Below are positions 30,210 to 41,258 of a stretch of DNA of 48,708 nt, in pieces. Source of the DNA: Hyphomicrobiales bacterium (lineage in GTDB: Bacteria > Pseudomonadota > Alphaproteobacteria > Rhizobiales > Beijerinckiaceae); NCBI GenBank assembly GCA_028290125.1, contig JAQGKM010000133.1, positions 1-48,708 of the forward strand, given 5' to 3'. Position 1 is the first letter of the stretch. Each line of letters starts with the position of its first letter. The notes beneath the pieces are model-generated. The model was not told the origin of the DNA and ran no database searches. It saw only the letters and a program-made list of their open reading frames with translations. Position numbers and translations under genes: made by a program.

Positions 30210-31595
30210 ATGCGTGATCTCGCCGAACTCGATCTAGGTGGCCGGGCCCGAAGACTCCGGGTCGATACGATCGTAAGACTGAGGTGGCTGGCCGTCGCGG
30301 GACAGTCGGCCGCTGTGCTGACGACGCATTTCGGGCTGGGTTTTCCCCTGCCCCTCTCGCTGTGCTTTGTGGTGATCGCCGCGTCGGCTTGGCTCAACAT
30401 CGGCCTGCGGATCCGATTTCAGGCCAGCCACCGCCTCGACGATCGCGCCGCGATGCTGTTCCTCAGCTACGACATCCTGCAGCTTTCGGGGCTTCTGTAT
30501 CTGACCGGCGGACTTCAGAACCCGTTTGCGATGCTGTTTCTGGCCCCAGTCATGATCGCCGCTGTTTCGTTGACGGGGCGCGGCACGCTCATTCTCGGCG
30601 CGTTGGTTGGCGTCTTGGCCAGTCTGCTCGCATTTTTTCATTATCCGCTTCCCTGGGTCGCCGGCGAGCCCATGGCGTTGCCTATGCTTTATGTATCCGG
30701 GATATGGCTCGCCATCGTGCTTGGAGCCGCGTTCATCGGGATTTATGCCGCCCGTGTGGCCGATGAGGCGAGGAGGCTCTCGGAGGCGCTGGCGGCGACC
30801 GAGCTGGTGCTCGCACGCGAGCAACACCTGACCCAGCTGGATGGTCTCGCGGCGGCAGCCGCTCATGAGCTGGGCACCCCGCTCGCGACGATCACCCTCG
30901 TGGTACGAGAATTGGCGAAGCTTCTGCCGGACGAGGGCCTGGTGCGCGAGGACATCGACCTGCTCGGTCAGGAGGTGCAAAGGTGCCGGGCGATCCTCGC
31001 GAAACTGGCCTCCCTGGGGAGTGAAAGCGCCGAGATGCTGGATCGCATGACGATCTCGCATCTGGTCGAGGACGTCGTTCAGCCGCAGCGCGATTTTGGC
31101 GTGGCGGTCTGCATCGAGAAATCGGGTGCCGGCGACGAACCCGCCTGCCGGAGGAACCCCGGCATCCTCTACGGTCTGGGAAATCTGGTCGAAAACGCGA
31201 TCGACTTCGCCAAGTCCCGAATCCGCATCGACTTGCACTGGGACGCCCAGCTGGTGCGCATCACGATAGAAGACGACGGCCCTGGCTTTCGACCCGAAGT
31301 GCTGGCCCGTCTGGGCGACCCCTATATTTCGACCAAAGGACCCGACCGGCGCGCGAAGTCGGATGAAGGCGGCCTGGGCCTGGGACTATTCATTGCGAAA
31401 ACGCTCCTGGAACGCTCCGGCGCGACGGTGGCGGTCGCCAATGCGACGCCACCTTTGACCGGCGCACGCATTGTTGTCTCGTGGCCGCGCACTACTTTTG
31501 AGATGAAGAACGCCGATGTTTCCAACGCCACGGACCATGGCGAAGAAGCTTCGGCCATACAGGCCTATATCCACGGCAAGCCGAGGGCGAACTGA
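30210..31595 (+). CDS. regB: RegB/PrrB/ActS-family redox sensor histidine kinase
   Basis: LRWLAVAGQ, quinone-binding GGLQNPF, H-box AHELGTPL, redox Cys in QRCRAIL, DDGPG and GLGLGLF boxes. Confidence 0.93.
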   Translation: MRDLAELDLGGRARRLRVDTIVRLRWLAVAGQSAAVLTTHFGLGFPLPLSLCFVVIAASAWLNIGLRIRFQASHRLDDRAAMLFLSYDILQLSGLLYLTGGLQNPFAMLFLAPVMIAAVSLTGRGTLILGALVGVLASLLAFFHYPLPWVAGEPMALPMLYVSGIWLAIVLGAAFIGIYAARVADEARRLSEALAATELVLAREQHLTQLDGLAAAAAHELGTPLATITLVVRELAKLLPDEGLVREDIDLLGQEVQRCRAILAKLASLGSESAEMLDRMTISHLVEDVVQPQRDFGVAVCIEKSGAGDEPACRRNPGILYGLGNLVENAIDFAKSRIRIDLHWDAQLVRITIEDDGPGFRPEVLARLGDPYISTKGPDRRAKSDEGGLGLGLFIAKTLLERSGATVAVANATPPLTGARIVVSWPRTTFEMKNADVSNATDHGEEASAIQAYIHGKPRAN

Positions 31596-32173
31596 TGATC
31601 GACGCGCTGAACACGGTAGACGAGGGGTCCAGCACGGCAGAATCTCCGGTCGAGATGACGCTGCTGCTCGTCGATGACGACAGGCCGTTTCTGTCACGGC
31701 TCACGCGCGCCATGGAGGCGCGTGGCTTTCAGGTTTCCGCGGCAGAGTCCGTTGCCGAAGGGCTGGCGCAGATCAGGAAGTCGGCTCCGGCGTTTGCCGT
31801 CATCGACATGCGTTTGCAGGACGGGAATGGGCTGGATGTCATTTCGGAGTTGAAGGCGCTTCGGCCAGACGCCCGGGGCGTCATCCTGACCGGCTATGGC
31901 AACATCGCCACAGCCGTGACAGCGGTGAAGCTTGGCGCCTTCGATTATCTCGCCAAGCCGGCCGACGCCGACGAGATCTACAATGCCTTGATGGCGATCC
32001 AGCACGACAAGGCCGAGCTGCCGGAAAATCCGATGTCGGCGGATCGCGTGCGGTGGGAGCATATCCAGCGCATTTACGAGCTTTGTGGACGCAATGTCTC
32101 GGAGACGGCGCGTCGGCTCAACATGCATCGGCGCACGTTGCAACGGATCCTCGCCAAGCGAGCGCCGCGTTAA
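31595..32173 (+). CDS. regA: RegA/PrrA/ActR-family response regulator
   Basis: Receiver LLVDDD, ILTGYGNIATAV, and the conserved HTH NVSETARRLNMHRRTLQRILAKR. Confidence 0.95.
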   Translation: MIDALNTVDEGSSTAESPVEMTLLLVDDDRPFLSRLTRAMEARGFQVSAAESVAEGLAQIRKSAPAFAVIDMRLQDGNGLDVISELKALRPDARGVILTGYGNIATAVTAVKLGAFDYLAKPADADEIYNALMAIQHDKAELPENPMSADRVRWEHIQRIYELCGRNVSETARRLNMHRRTLQRILAKRAPR

Positions 32174-32661
32174 TCGAGCAGGTCGGCGTCCCATAGTCTG
32201 TGCAGCCGGTCAGCCGCGAAGTGGCCGAACCGGAGAAGCATGGAACGCCGGGTGGCCCCGGCGAGGCGATGTTCCGGGGCCATCCTGACGAACTCGGCGC
32301 CATATGCGTCGGCGACGATCAGACCCGCATCCTCCGGCAGGGCGGATTCGGGCAGCTCGGTCGGGATCGCAAAGTACAGCCGGTCGCAATGCATCCGGTA
32401 GTCCGGCCATTTCAGGTCAGCCCGGAAATCAGCCATAGATGATTTGACTTCCACGATGACGATCTGCCCGTCGGCGGCCAAAGCGACGATATCGGCGCGA
32501 CGTCCGCTTGGAAGCGGCATTTCGGTCACGGACGCCAGCCCATGCGCGCGCAACAGGCGTCGCGCGCCTCGCGCTACCCGCAGCGCGGTCTCCGACTGCC
32601 GCCCGTCTTCCGGCGTGCGCGGAGCGTCCTGTATGCCAAACTTCCCGATCATCTGGTTCAT
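32170..32661 (-). CDS. mmcB: MmcB-family DNA repair protein (PD-(D/E)xK fold)
   Basis: DGRQS, GRRADI, IVEVKSS, ADLKWPDYRMHCDRLYFA, GLIVADAYGAE. Confidence 0.88.
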   Translation of the reverse strand: MNQMIGKFGIQDAPRTPEDGRQSETALRVARGARRLLRAHGLASVTEMPLPSGRRADIVALAADGQIVIVEVKSSMADFRADLKWPDYRMHCDRLYFAIPTELPESALPEDAGLIVADAYGAEFVRMAPEHRLAGATRRSMLLRFGHFAADRLHRLWDADLLD

Positions 32662-32731
32662 CTTCTAGCAGCCTCTCCGTCGTGATAGGAAGCTGGTCAA
32701 ATCGTATCAGCCCGCCTGCTGTAGAGGACCG

Positions 32732-33880
32732 ATGAATCCCTTATTCGCGGATCTGCCGACCACCATATTCGAAACCATGTCTTCGCTGGCGCGTGAGCAT
32801 CAGGCGATCAATCTCGGACAGGGCTTTCCTGACGACCCCGGTCCGGAAGACGTTCGCCAGAAGGCGGCCGACGCGACGCTCCACGGATACAATCAATATC
32901 CGTCCATGATGGGAATCCCGGACCTTCGTGAGGCCATCGCCACGCATTATGGCCGGTTTCACGGACTGTCCATCGATCCGCAGCATGAAACACTCGTCAC
33001 GTCGGGGGCCACCGAAGCGCTGACGGCCGCCATTTTGTCGATCGTTCGCCCTGGCGACGAGGTGGTGCTGTTTCAGCCCGTGTATGATTCCTATCTCCCG
33101 ATGGTGCGTCTCGCTGGCGGAATTCCGAAGCTCGTGACCCTGAAGCCGCCGCACTGGCGCTTTTCGGCGGAAGACCTCGATGCCGTGTTCACGAGCCGGA
33201 CACGTGTCGTCCTCCTCAACACGCCGCTCAATCCGACAGGCACTGTCCTGCCGCGCGAGTCGCTTGAACTTTTGGCGTCGTACTGCACGCGCTATGACGC
33301 GGTCTGCATCAGCGACGAAGTGTGGGAGCATGTCGTCTTCGAAGGACATGAGCACGTCCCGATCATGACTATCCCGGGCATGCGCGAGCGAACCGTGAAG
33401 ATCGGTTCGGCAGGCAAGATCTTTTCGCTGACGGGCTGGAAGGTCGGGCTCGTCGTCGCCGCGCCGGACCTGCTGCGCGTCGTTTCCAAAGCGCACCAAT
33501 TCCTGACGTTCACGACGCCTCCGAATCTGCAAGCCGCTGTGGCCTACGGGCTTGCAAAGCCTGACGCCTATTTTGCCGCCATGAGGTCCGGCTTTCAGCG
33601 CAGCCGCGATCGGCTGACGAAAGGACTGCAAGCGCTCGGCTTCGACGTGATTCCGAGCCAGGGAACCTACTTCCTCAATATCGACATCGCGCCGCTGGGC
33701 GAAGCCGACGACTTTGCTTTCTGCAAGCGGCTTGTCGTCGAGCATGGCGTCGCGGCCATTCCGGTCTCGGCCTTCTATGCAGAGAGCCCGGTGCGCAACG
33801 TCGTGCGCCTTTGTTTTTCCAAGAATGACGAGACGCTGGACGCCGGCCTTGAGCGTCTGGCGCGCGCACTCGGCAAGTGA
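32732..33880 (+). CDS. Class I/II PLP aminotransferase (YbdL-like)
   Basis: INLGQGFPD, VTSGATEAL, NPTG, SDEVWE, SAGKIFSLTGWKVG (PLP lysine). Confidence 0.9.
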   Translation: MNPLFADLPTTIFETMSSLAREHQAINLGQGFPDDPGPEDVRQKAADATLHGYNQYPSMMGIPDLREAIATHYGRFHGLSIDPQHETLVTSGATEALTAAILSIVRPGDEVVLFQPVYDSYLPMVRLAGGIPKLVTLKPPHWRFSAEDLDAVFTSRTRVVLLNTPLNPTGTVLPRESLELLASYCTRYDAVCISDEVWEHVVFEGHEHVPIMTIPGMRERTVKIGSAGKIFSLTGWKVGLVVAAPDLLRVVSKAHQFLTFTTPPNLQAAVAYGLAKPDAYFAAMRSGFQRSRDRLTKGLQALGFDVIPSQGTYFLNIDIAPLGEADDFAFCKRLVVEHGVAAIPVSAFYAESPVRNVVRLCFSKNDETLDAGLERLARALGK

Positions 33881-33894
33881 CGGGAGCTTTTTCA

Positions 33895-34995
33895 ATGACG
33901 AAAAACCTGGGCGGACTTTTGTGCGCGATTCTGATCGGCTTCATGACCGCGACACCGTCCGCTCGGGCAGCCGACCGGGTCGTCCATGTCTACAATTGGT
34001 CGGATTACATTGACGCCAAGGCGCTGGACGAATTCACGCGCGAGACCGGCATCAAGGTCGTGTACGACACCTACGATTCCAACGAAATTCTCGAAACGAA
34101 ACTGCTGGCCGGCCGCACTGGATATGACGTGGTCGTTCCGTCCGCCACTTTCCTGCAACGGCAGATTCAGGCGGGCGTCTATCAACCGCTCGACATGAGC
34201 AAACTGCCCAACGCCAAAAACCTGTGGCCTGAGGTCATGAAGCGGCTTGCCGTTTACGACCCCGGCAACCGGTTCGCCGTCAATTACATGTGGTTCACGA
34301 CGGGCATTGCATTCAACATCGAGAAAGTCCGGCAGCGGCTGGGCAAGACGGCTGTCGACAGCTGGGATGCCGTCTTCAAGCCGGAGAACCTCAAGCGTGT
34401 CGCCGATTGTGGCGTGTACGTGCTGGACAGTCCCGAGGACATGTTCGCAATCGCCTTGCGGTACATGGCCATGAACCCCGATTCCAAGAAGCCCGAGGAC
34501 ATTCGGAAGGCCGCAGGCCTTCTCGCGCAGATGCGCGCGAACGTGAAGAAATATCACTCGTCCGAGTACATCAACGCTTTGGCCAATGGTGACATCTGTA
34601 TGGCGATCGGCTGGGCCGGCGACGCATTCCAGGCCCGCAATCGCGCTCTTGAAGCCAAGAATGACGTCGCCATCGCCTACGTCATCCCGAAGGAAGGGAC
34701 GTTGATGTCGCTCGACAGTTTCGCGATCCCCAAGGATGCGCCGCATGTCGCCGAAGCGCACGCCTTCATCGACTTCATGCTGCGGCCCGAAATTGCGGCC
34801 CGCAACACCAGCGTGACGAACTTCGCCAACAGCGTCACCGAGTCGAAGCAACTCCTCGACAAGAGCGTCGCCGATAACCCGGCGATCTATCCTGATGCGG
34901 GCACGATGGCGCGGCTCTTCACGGTGTCGCCTTATGACGCGCAGACGCAGCGCCTCGTGACGCGCGAATGGACACGGGTCAAGACGGGGAAATAG
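33895..34995 (+). CDS. potF: Polyamine ABC transporter periplasmic binding protein (PotF/PotD type)
   Basis: Signal peptide (ARA-A), VYNWSDYI, VYDTYDSNE, GYDVVVPS, YINALANG, YVIPKEG. Confidence 0.88.
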   Translation: MTKNLGGLLCAILIGFMTATPSARAADRVVHVYNWSDYIDAKALDEFTRETGIKVVYDTYDSNEILETKLLAGRTGYDVVVPSATFLQRQIQAGVYQPLDMSKLPNAKNLWPEVMKRLAVYDPGNRFAVNYMWFTTGIAFNIEKVRQRLGKTAVDSWDAVFKPENLKRVADCGVYVLDSPEDMFAIALRYMAMNPDSKKPEDIRKAAGLLAQMRANVKKYHSSEYINALANGDICMAIGWAGDAFQARNRALEAKNDVAIAYVIPKEGTLMSLDSFAIPKDAPHVAEAHAFIDFMLRPEIAARNTSVTNFANSVTESKQLLDKSVADNPAIYPDAGTMARLFTVSPYDAQTQRLVTREWTRVKTGK

Positions 34996-35028
34996 CGCAG
35001 GCGACAGGAGCGCCCGACGCGCCCGCCA

Positions 35029-36060
35029 TCACTCGATGAGTTCGCGCGCGCGGGCCGCGAGATGCTTCGGCGTTGCCAAGACCTTCGTGACGAATTGCTG
35101 CATGTCGGCGCCCCGGACGGGATCGATGTCGATGTTCGCAGCCGCAGCTTCCTTCACGAAGTCCGGATCTTTCATGACGGCGTCAAAGGCGTCGCGTAGC
35201 GCTTTCACGCGCTCTTCGGGGACGCCCGGCGTGGTCGCGAGCGGCCGGCCGAGGCGTGTGCCGGACACGAGCAGTTCCACCACCTTGCGACTGTCGGGGT
35301 CTGCGATCACGTCTTCGACGGACGGCACGAACGGCAGGTCGGCAGCCTTGGGACCGGCCTGAACGATGACCGTAATGTCCTTGTTGGCGAGCCACGATGG
35401 CTTGGTGACCTTCCAGCTCGACCAGGTGTTGTTGCGCGCACCGACCTCGCCGCGCTCCATCGCGAGGTTCACGTCATTGCCACCCGGATAGCCGGTGACG
35501 ATCTTGAATTTGGTGCCGGCGAATTCGTTGAGCATGGCGGGAAACATGTAGGTGATGGCGCCGCGGCCGGTTGCGCCAGCGATCACTTCCGTCTTGCGGG
35601 CGTCCTCGATGGTTTTCACGCCCGTGGTCTTCCAGACCGTCATCGTCTCGACGGTCGGGCAGATCGACCCGATCCAGCTGAATTTCTCGGCGTCGAACAT
35701 GACGCCCTTGACGCCGGCGGCCTGCATCGCCGGGAAGGTGTTCGCCAGCATCCCGATATTGGTGCCGTCGCGGGGGGCGACCTCATAAAGATAGTTCGCC
35801 ATCTTGAGCCCGCCCGCGCCCGTCATGTTCTGCGGAACGACGTTGGGATTGCCCGGGATGTACCTCCCGATGTAGCGGGACACCATGCGGGCGTGGAGAT
35901 CGTATTCGCCGCCCACCGCGACACCGATCAGGACGTTCACGTTCTTGCCGCGGTAGAACTCTGACACGCTGTCGGCCTGCGCCGCACTGGCGGCCACGAC
36001 CGCGCCCAGCAAGCCAATAACATGCGCTTGAAGCGCCATGGTGAAAGAACGACCCATCAT
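35029..36060 (-). CDS. Bug/TctC-family tripartite tricarboxylate transporter substrate-binding protein
   Basis: Signal peptide, GGEYDLHAR, IPGNPNVVPQNMTGAGG, APRDG, GYPGGND, AMERGEV. Confidence 0.85.
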   Translation of the reverse strand: MMGRSFTMALQAHVIGLLGAVVAASAAQADSVSEFYRGKNVNVLIGVAVGGEYDLHARMVSRYIGRYIPGNPNVVPQNMTGAGGLKMANYLYEVAPRDGTNIGMLANTFPAMQAAGVKGVMFDAEKFSWIGSICPTVETMTVWKTTGVKTIEDARKTEVIAGATGRGAITYMFPAMLNEFAGTKFKIVTGYPGGNDVNLAMERGEVGARNNTWSSWKVTKPSWLANKDITVIVQAGPKAADLPFVPSVEDVIADPDSRKVVELLVSGTRLGRPLATTPGVPEERVKALRDAFDAVMKDPDFVKEAAAANIDIDPVRGADMQQFVTKVLATPKHLAARARELIE

Positions 36061-36149
36061 TTCCTCCCGAAACTTCCGCCGTTCGCCAGCGTGTGTAAGG
36101 CGATTATCTCAGGTGGCGACGTTTCCGTCCACGACCGCGTCGCCCGCGC

Positions 36150-37034
36150 CTACTTCTGGCACTTCGGGCAGTAGAAGGTAGAGCGGCCGCTTTGGACGAT
36201 TCGTTTCACGATGCCGCCACAACCGGGAGTCGGGCAGGGCTCGCCTTCGCGGTCATAGACGCGGAAATGATGCTGGAAATAACCGAGTGAGCCATCCGTC
36301 AGCTTGTGATCGCGCAGGGACGACCCGCCGGCGCGAATAGCGTCCTTCAGCACGGCCTTGATGTCGTCAGCGAGCCGGACCGAGGCGGCGGTAGCGGCTC
36401 CGCTTTTACGCGCGAGTGTGCCGGCGATGCGTTTCGGCGACAGCCGCGCCATGTTGAGCGCCTCGCACACGTAGATATTACCCAGCCCCGCGACGAGGCC
36501 CTGATCGAGCAGCGCGGCCTTGAGCGGCGTCTTCCGCCCCTTCAGCAGGGCGGCAAGGCTGTCCCCGCTCAACTCGTTGCCGAGCGGCTCCATTCCGAGT
36601 CCCTTGAAGGAAGCGTGCTCGGCCAAGTCTGCGCGGGCGACCAGGTCCATGAAACCGAACCGGCGCGGGTCGTTGTACGTGACCGTGAACCCGTTCGAGA
36701 GATGGAACACGATGTGGTCATGCACGGCGGCGGCTGACCGCTCGTGATGAAAAACCCCGGGAGTGGTTGCACCGCTGGTGTCTCGTTCGACGCGGAATGA
36801 GCCGCTCATTCCGAGATGCATGATCAGTGTCATGCCATCGTCGAGGTCAGCGAGGAGGTATTTGGCGCGGCGTCCTAGGCTCGTGATTGTCCGCCCCTGA
36901 AGGCGTTCTCCGAATTGTTCGGGAAGCGGGAAGCGGAGATCCGGCCGCCTTTGCTCCACCCTGTCGATCCGGGCGCCCTGCAGGGCCGGCTCGAGGCCAC
37001 GCCGGACGGTCTCGACCTCGGGAAGTTCAGGCAT
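36150..37034 (-). CDS. mutM: Formamidopyrimidine-DNA glycosylase
   Basis: [32 protein letters not shown], zinc finger CPTPGC...CPKCQ. Confidence 0.98.
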   Translation of the reverse strand: MPELPEVETVRRGLEPALQGARIDRVEQRRPDLRFPLPEQFGERLQGRTITSLGRRAKYLLADLDDGMTLIMHLGMSGSFRVERDTSGATTPGVFHHERSAAAVHDHIVFHLSNGFTVTYNDPRRFGFMDLVARADLAEHASFKGLGMEPLGNELSGDSLAALLKGRKTPLKAALLDQGLVAGLGNIYVCEALNMARLSPKRIAGTLARKSGAATAASVRLADDIKAVLKDAIRAGGSSLRDHKLTDGSLGYFQHHFRVYDREGEPCPTPGCGGIVKRIVQSGRSTFYCPKCQK

Positions 37035-37139
37035 AAGGACTTGGCTCTCGGTCTGCAGTCGCGCGGTTCAGGATGATTGCGATCCTACATGGTCAATTCC
37101 GTGCTGTCGCGTTATGGTCCCGCCGCTCTGGAGTCAGTC

Positions 37140-37919
37140 ATGGTTCACGCTTCACCGTCCGGCCCTCGTCCCGAGGAAGACACGCATTTTGGCTTTGAGA
37201 CCGTTCGTCTCGGGCAGAAGCAGGCGCTCGTCGACGATGTCTTCCACAAGGTCGCGGACCGCTACGACCTCATGAACGATTTCATGTCCATGGGACTGCA
37301 CCGGGCCTGGAAGGACGTGCTCGTCTCCATGGTGAAGCCGCCGAAGGCTCGGCCGTTTCGTCATCTGGATGTCGCCGGTGGCACGGGCGACGTCGCATTC
37401 CGCGTCGCGCAGGCGGGCGGATCCGACACCGATGTGACGATCCTCGACATCAACGGCGAGATGCTACGGGTCGGCGAGGCGCGCGCCGCCAAGAGGCGCG
37501 TCCCCGGGCATCTTACATTCGTCGAAGCGAACGCCGAGGACCTGCCGCTGCCGGACAACAGCTTCGACGCCTACACGATCGCCTTCGGAATTCGCAACGT
37601 ACCCCGCATCGAGCGGGCGCTGGCGGAAGCCCATCGCGTGCTGAAGCGCGGCGGCCGCTTCCTTTGCCTCGAATTTTCGAGCGTCAACCTGCCCGGGCTC
37701 GACAAGATCTACGAAGCCTATTCGTTCACGGCCATACCGGCGATGGGCAAGGCTGTCACGGGCGACGGGCAGCCTTACCGTTATCTCGTGGAGTCGATCC
37801 GCAAGTTTCCGCATCCCGAAACCTTCCGCGACATGATCGAGGACGCGGGCTTCAAGCGCGCCGCCTATACGCGGCTGACCGGCGGCGTGGTCGCCATCCA
37901 CTCCGGCTGGAAGCTCTGA
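37140..37919 (+). CDS. ubiE: Ubiquinone/menaquinone methyltransferase UbiE
   Basis: [53 protein letters not shown]. Start set to ATG 37140. Confidence 0.96.
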   Translation: MVHASPSGPRPEEDTHFGFETVRLGQKQALVDDVFHKVADRYDLMNDFMSMGLHRAWKDVLVSMVKPPKARPFRHLDVAGGTGDVAFRVAQAGGSDTDVTILDINGEMLRVGEARAAKRRVPGHLTFVEANAEDLPLPDNSFDAYTIAFGIRNVPRIERALAEAHRVLKRGGRFLCLEFSSVNLPGLDKIYEAYSFTAIPAMGKAVTGDGQPYRYLVESIRKFPHPETFRDMIEDAGFKRAAYTRLTGGVVAIHSGWKL

Positions 37920-37922
37920 CGC

Positions 37923-39497
37923 ATGGCGTTTTTCGGAACTGTCGGGCATTTGTGGCGACTGGCGCGCGCAGGCTACGTGCTGGCTCGGGAAGGCGTGTTC
38001 GCCAACATCGATCCAGTCAGCCTGCCGCCTGCTGCGCGGCTTCCGCTCGCATTGGCGCGTTTGATCGAGCGGCGGGTGGACGCGCCAAGACCGGCGCGTC
38101 TCGCGGTGGCGATCAGCCGGCTCGGCCCATCCTATGTCAAGCTCGGCCAGTTCCTGGCGACGCGTCCCGATGTCGTGGGGCCGTCGGTCGTTCGGGATCT
38201 TGAAGCCCTGCAGGACCGGATGGCGCCGTTCCCGCAAGCCATCGCCGAAGCGCAGGTCGCCGCAGCGTTCGGGCGGCCCGTGCACGAGATTTACACGTAT
38301 TTCGGCCCCGCGGTTGCCGCAGCGTCCATCGCACAGGTTCATCGCGCGCGCGTTCGCGACGGCGATGGCGAGCGGGATGTCGCCGTCAAGATCCTGCGGC
38401 CCGGCGTGCAGGTGCGCTTTGCGCGTGATCTCGACGACATGTACGCGGCGGCCCGTTTCGCGGCGCGTTACTTCCGCGATGCCGACCGCCTGCGGCCCGT
38501 CGAAGTGGTCGAGACGCTCGAACGATCTGTCCGGATGGAGATGGATTTCCGGCTCGAGGCCGCCGCCGCTTCGGAGTTTGCCGAGAACGTCGTCGACGAT
38601 CCCGAATTTCGCATTCCCTCAATCGATTGGGACCGCACCGCCAAGGAGGTCCTCACGCTCGAGTGGATCGACGGCATCCCGCTCACCGATCTCGCCGCCC
38701 TCGAACGCGCCGGGCACGATCTGCCACGGCTGGGGCGCATCGTCATCCAGTCGTTTCTGAATCACGCTCTGCGCGACGGCTTTTTCCACGCCGACATGCA
38801 TCAGGGAAACCTGTTCCTTGACGCGACCGGGCGACTTGTCGCCGTTGATTTCGGCATCACGGGCCGGCTCGGGCTCAAGGAACGCCGCTTCCTGGCTGAA
38901 ATTCTGTACGGCTTCATCACGCGTAATTACCGCCGTGTTGCCGAAGTGCATTTCGAAGCCGGATATGTTCCGGAAACGTTCAGCATCGACGACTTCTCGC
39001 AAGCGGTGCGCGCGATCGGAGAACCGATCCACTCGCGCACTGCCGATCAGATCTCGATGGCGAAGCTGCTGACGCTTCTGTTCGAGATCACGGCCATTTT
39101 CGAGATGAAGACCCGCACCGAACTGGTCATGCTGCAGAAAACCATGGTGGTCGTCGAAGGCGTCGGGCGAACGCTCGATCCGAAGCTCGACCTGTGGTCG
39201 ACGGCGGAGCCGGTTGTGCGCAGCTGGATCGAGGAGAACCTCGGCCCGCGTGGCAAGATCGAGGATTTCGGGCGCAATCTCTCGACCATTGCGCGCTTCG
39301 CCAATGAGTTGCCGAACGTGCTTCTGCGCGGCGAGCGGCTCGTCGAGCGCTTCGAGCGCATGGCGTCGGATGGGTTCGAGTTGTCTGGGCGGACGGTCGA
39401 GCGGATCGGTCGCGCCGAGGCGCAGCGCGCGCGTTCCGGTCACGCCGCCTTGTGGGTGATCGCTGTCCTGCTGGCGATTGGCCTCTGGCTCCGCTAA
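37923..39497 (+). CDS. ubiB: Ubiquinone biosynthesis kinase-like protein UbiB
   Basis: LGPSYVKLGQ, AAASIAQVH, VAVKILRP, FFHADMHQGN, VDFGI. Confidence 0.96.
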   Translation: MAFFGTVGHLWRLARAGYVLAREGVFANIDPVSLPPAARLPLALARLIERRVDAPRPARLAVAISRLGPSYVKLGQFLATRPDVVGPSVVRDLEALQDRMAPFPQAIAEAQVAAAFGRPVHEIYTYFGPAVAAASIAQVHRARVRDGDGERDVAVKILRPGVQVRFARDLDDMYAAARFAARYFRDADRLRPVEVVETLERSVRMEMDFRLEAAAASEFAENVVDDPEFRIPSIDWDRTAKEVLTLEWIDGIPLTDLAALERAGHDLPRLGRIVIQSFLNHALRDGFFHADMHQGNLFLDATGRLVAVDFGITGRLGLKERRFLAEILYGFITRNYRRVAEVHFEAGYVPETFSIDDFSQAVRAIGEPIHSRTADQISMAKLLTLLFEITAIFEMKTRTELVMLQKTMVVVEGVGRTLDPKLDLWSTAEPVVRSWIEENLGPRGKIEDFGRNLSTIARFANELPNVLLRGERLVERFERMASDGFELSGRTVERIGRAEAQRARSGHAALWVIAVLLAIGLWLR

Positions 39498-39519
39498 TCT
39501 GCTGCTCGCGGGAGATGAC

Positions 39520-40788
39520 ATGGCGCAGGTGGAACAATCCTTGAGAGGCCGCAAGATCCTGCTGATCGTGGGCGGCGGGATCGCTGCCTACAAGGCGCTG
39601 GATCTCGTGCGACGCCTGCGCGAGCGGGGCGCACAGGTGCGCGCCGTGCTGACGCCCGCCGGCCGCGAGTTCGTGACTCCGCTGTCGCTCGCAAGTCTCA
39701 GCGGTCAGCCGGTGCACGAGAGTCTCTTCTCGCTGACCGACGAGACCGAAATGGGCCACATCGAATTGTCGCGATCGGCCGATCTCGTCGTCGTTGCCCC
39801 GGCAACGGCGGACCTGATGGCGAAAGCCGCCAATGGACTCGCCAACGATCTCGCATCGACGCTTCTGCTCGCGACCGACAAGAAGGTTCTGATGGCGCCC
39901 GCCATGAACGTGCGCATGTGGCTGCATCCGGCGACGTTGCGAAATGTGGCGCAGTTGAGAGCCGACGGCGTGCTTTTCGCTGGCCCGGCCGATGGCGAAA
40001 TGGCCTGCGGTGAATTCGGCCCGGGCCGCATGAGCGAGCCGCTCGAAATCGTCGCTGCGGTGGAGCAGGCACTGGCAGGAGAGACGCGCATTCCATTGCC
40101 AGGCGATGCGGCAACGAACTCGTCGCTCCTAAAAGGCCGTCGTGTGGTGATCACGTCCGGCCCGACGCATGAACCCATCGACCCCGTGCGCTACATCGCA
40201 AATCGCTCGTCGGGCCGACAGGGGCACGCCATCGCTCTGGCGGCTGCGCGCGCGGGCGCTCACGTCACGCTGATCAGCGGGCCCGTATCCATTCCCGATC
40301 CGGCCGGTGTCGAAATGCGCAAAGTGGAGACAGCCCGGGACATGCTCGCGGCTGTCGACGCCGCGCTGCCGGCAGATATCTTCATCGGCGCCGCCGCTGT
40401 CGCGGACTGGCGCGTCGAGGGTGCCGCCGATCGCAAGATCAAGAAGACCGCTGCTGCCAGCCCATCTCTGACACTCACGGAAAACCCGGACATTCTCGCG
40501 CATGTCGCCGCGGGCACGGCCAACCGGCCGTCGCTTGTCGTCGGCTTCGCTGCCGAGACGGATCATCTTCTCGATCACGCGCGCGCGAAGCTCGCCCGCA
40601 AGGGCTGCGACCTGATCGTGGCGAATGATGTCGGCACAGGGACGGGCGTCATGGGCGGGACCAGCAACACGGTGCATCTCGTCTCCCGCGACGGCGTCGA
40701 ATCGTGGCCGCTGCTCGACAAGGACGAAGTCGCACGTCGTCTCGTCGAGCGATGTGCGATGCTGCTGGCGGGATCGGGATCGACATGA
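39520..40788 (+). CDS. coaBC: Bifunctional phosphopantothenoylcysteine decarboxylase/ligase
   Basis: [57 protein letters not shown]. Start set to ATG 39520. Confidence 0.96.
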   Translation: MAQVEQSLRGRKILLIVGGGIAAYKALDLVRRLRERGAQVRAVLTPAGREFVTPLSLASLSGQPVHESLFSLTDETEMGHIELSRSADLVVVAPATADLMAKAANGLANDLASTLLLATDKKVLMAPAMNVRMWLHPATLRNVAQLRADGVLFAGPADGEMACGEFGPGRMSEPLEIVAAVEQALAGETRIPLPGDAATNSSLLKGRRVVITSGPTHEPIDPVRYIANRSSGRQGHAIALAAARAGAHVTLISGPVSIPDPAGVEMRKVETARDMLAAVDAALPADIFIGAAAVADWRVEGAADRKIKKTAAASPSLTLTENPDILAHVAAGTANRPSLVVGFAAETDHLLDHARAKLARKGCDLIVANDVGTGTGVMGGTSNTVHLVSRDGVESWPLLDKDEVARRLVERCAMLLAGSGST

Positions 40789-41258
40789 CGATCGAGCTGC
40801 GCATCAGGCGTCTCCCGCACGGCAGCGACCTGCCGTTGCCGCAGTATCAGTCCGAGGCGGCCGCAGGCCTCGACCTGGTCGCAGCCATTCCGCGACAAGC
40901 AACGCTCGTCATCGAACCTGGCGGTCGCGATCTGGTGCCTACCGGGCTCAGCATTGAACTGCCGGATGGATTTGAGGCGCAGGTCCGGCCGCGCTCGGGC
41001 CTCGCGCTTCGCCATGGCGTCACGGTGCTCAATTCACCCGGGACGATCGACGCCGACTACCGCGGAGAGATCTGCGTCATTCTCATCAATCACGGATCGG
41101 AGCCATTCGCCATTTCGCGCGGCGACCGGATTGCGCAGATGGTCGTGGCTCCGGTCAGCCGCGTCGTTCTCTCAGAGGCGACGACCTTGTCGACGTCGGC
41201 CCGCGGGACCGGCGGCTTTGGCTCGACGGGCCTCGCTCCCGAGCGGAGCCCGGAATGA
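40785..41258 (+). CDS. dut: dUTP pyrophosphatase
   Basis: [44 protein letters not shown]; ATG overlaps the coaBC stop. Confidence 0.97.
   Translation: MTIELRIRRLPHGSDLPLPQYQSEAAAGLDLVAAIPRQATLVIEPGGRDLVPTGLSIELPDGFEAQVRPRSGLALRHGVTVLNSPGTIDADYRGEICVILINHGSEPFAISRGDRIAQMVVAPVSRVVLSEATTLSTSARGTGGFGSTGLAPERSPE

Noticed and set aside
32640-32731. Expected LexA (SOS) box upstream of mmcB
   Set aside because: No GTTC-N7-GTTC or GAAC-N7-GAAC is visible. GAAC-N6-GAAC near 5892 also has the wrong spacing.
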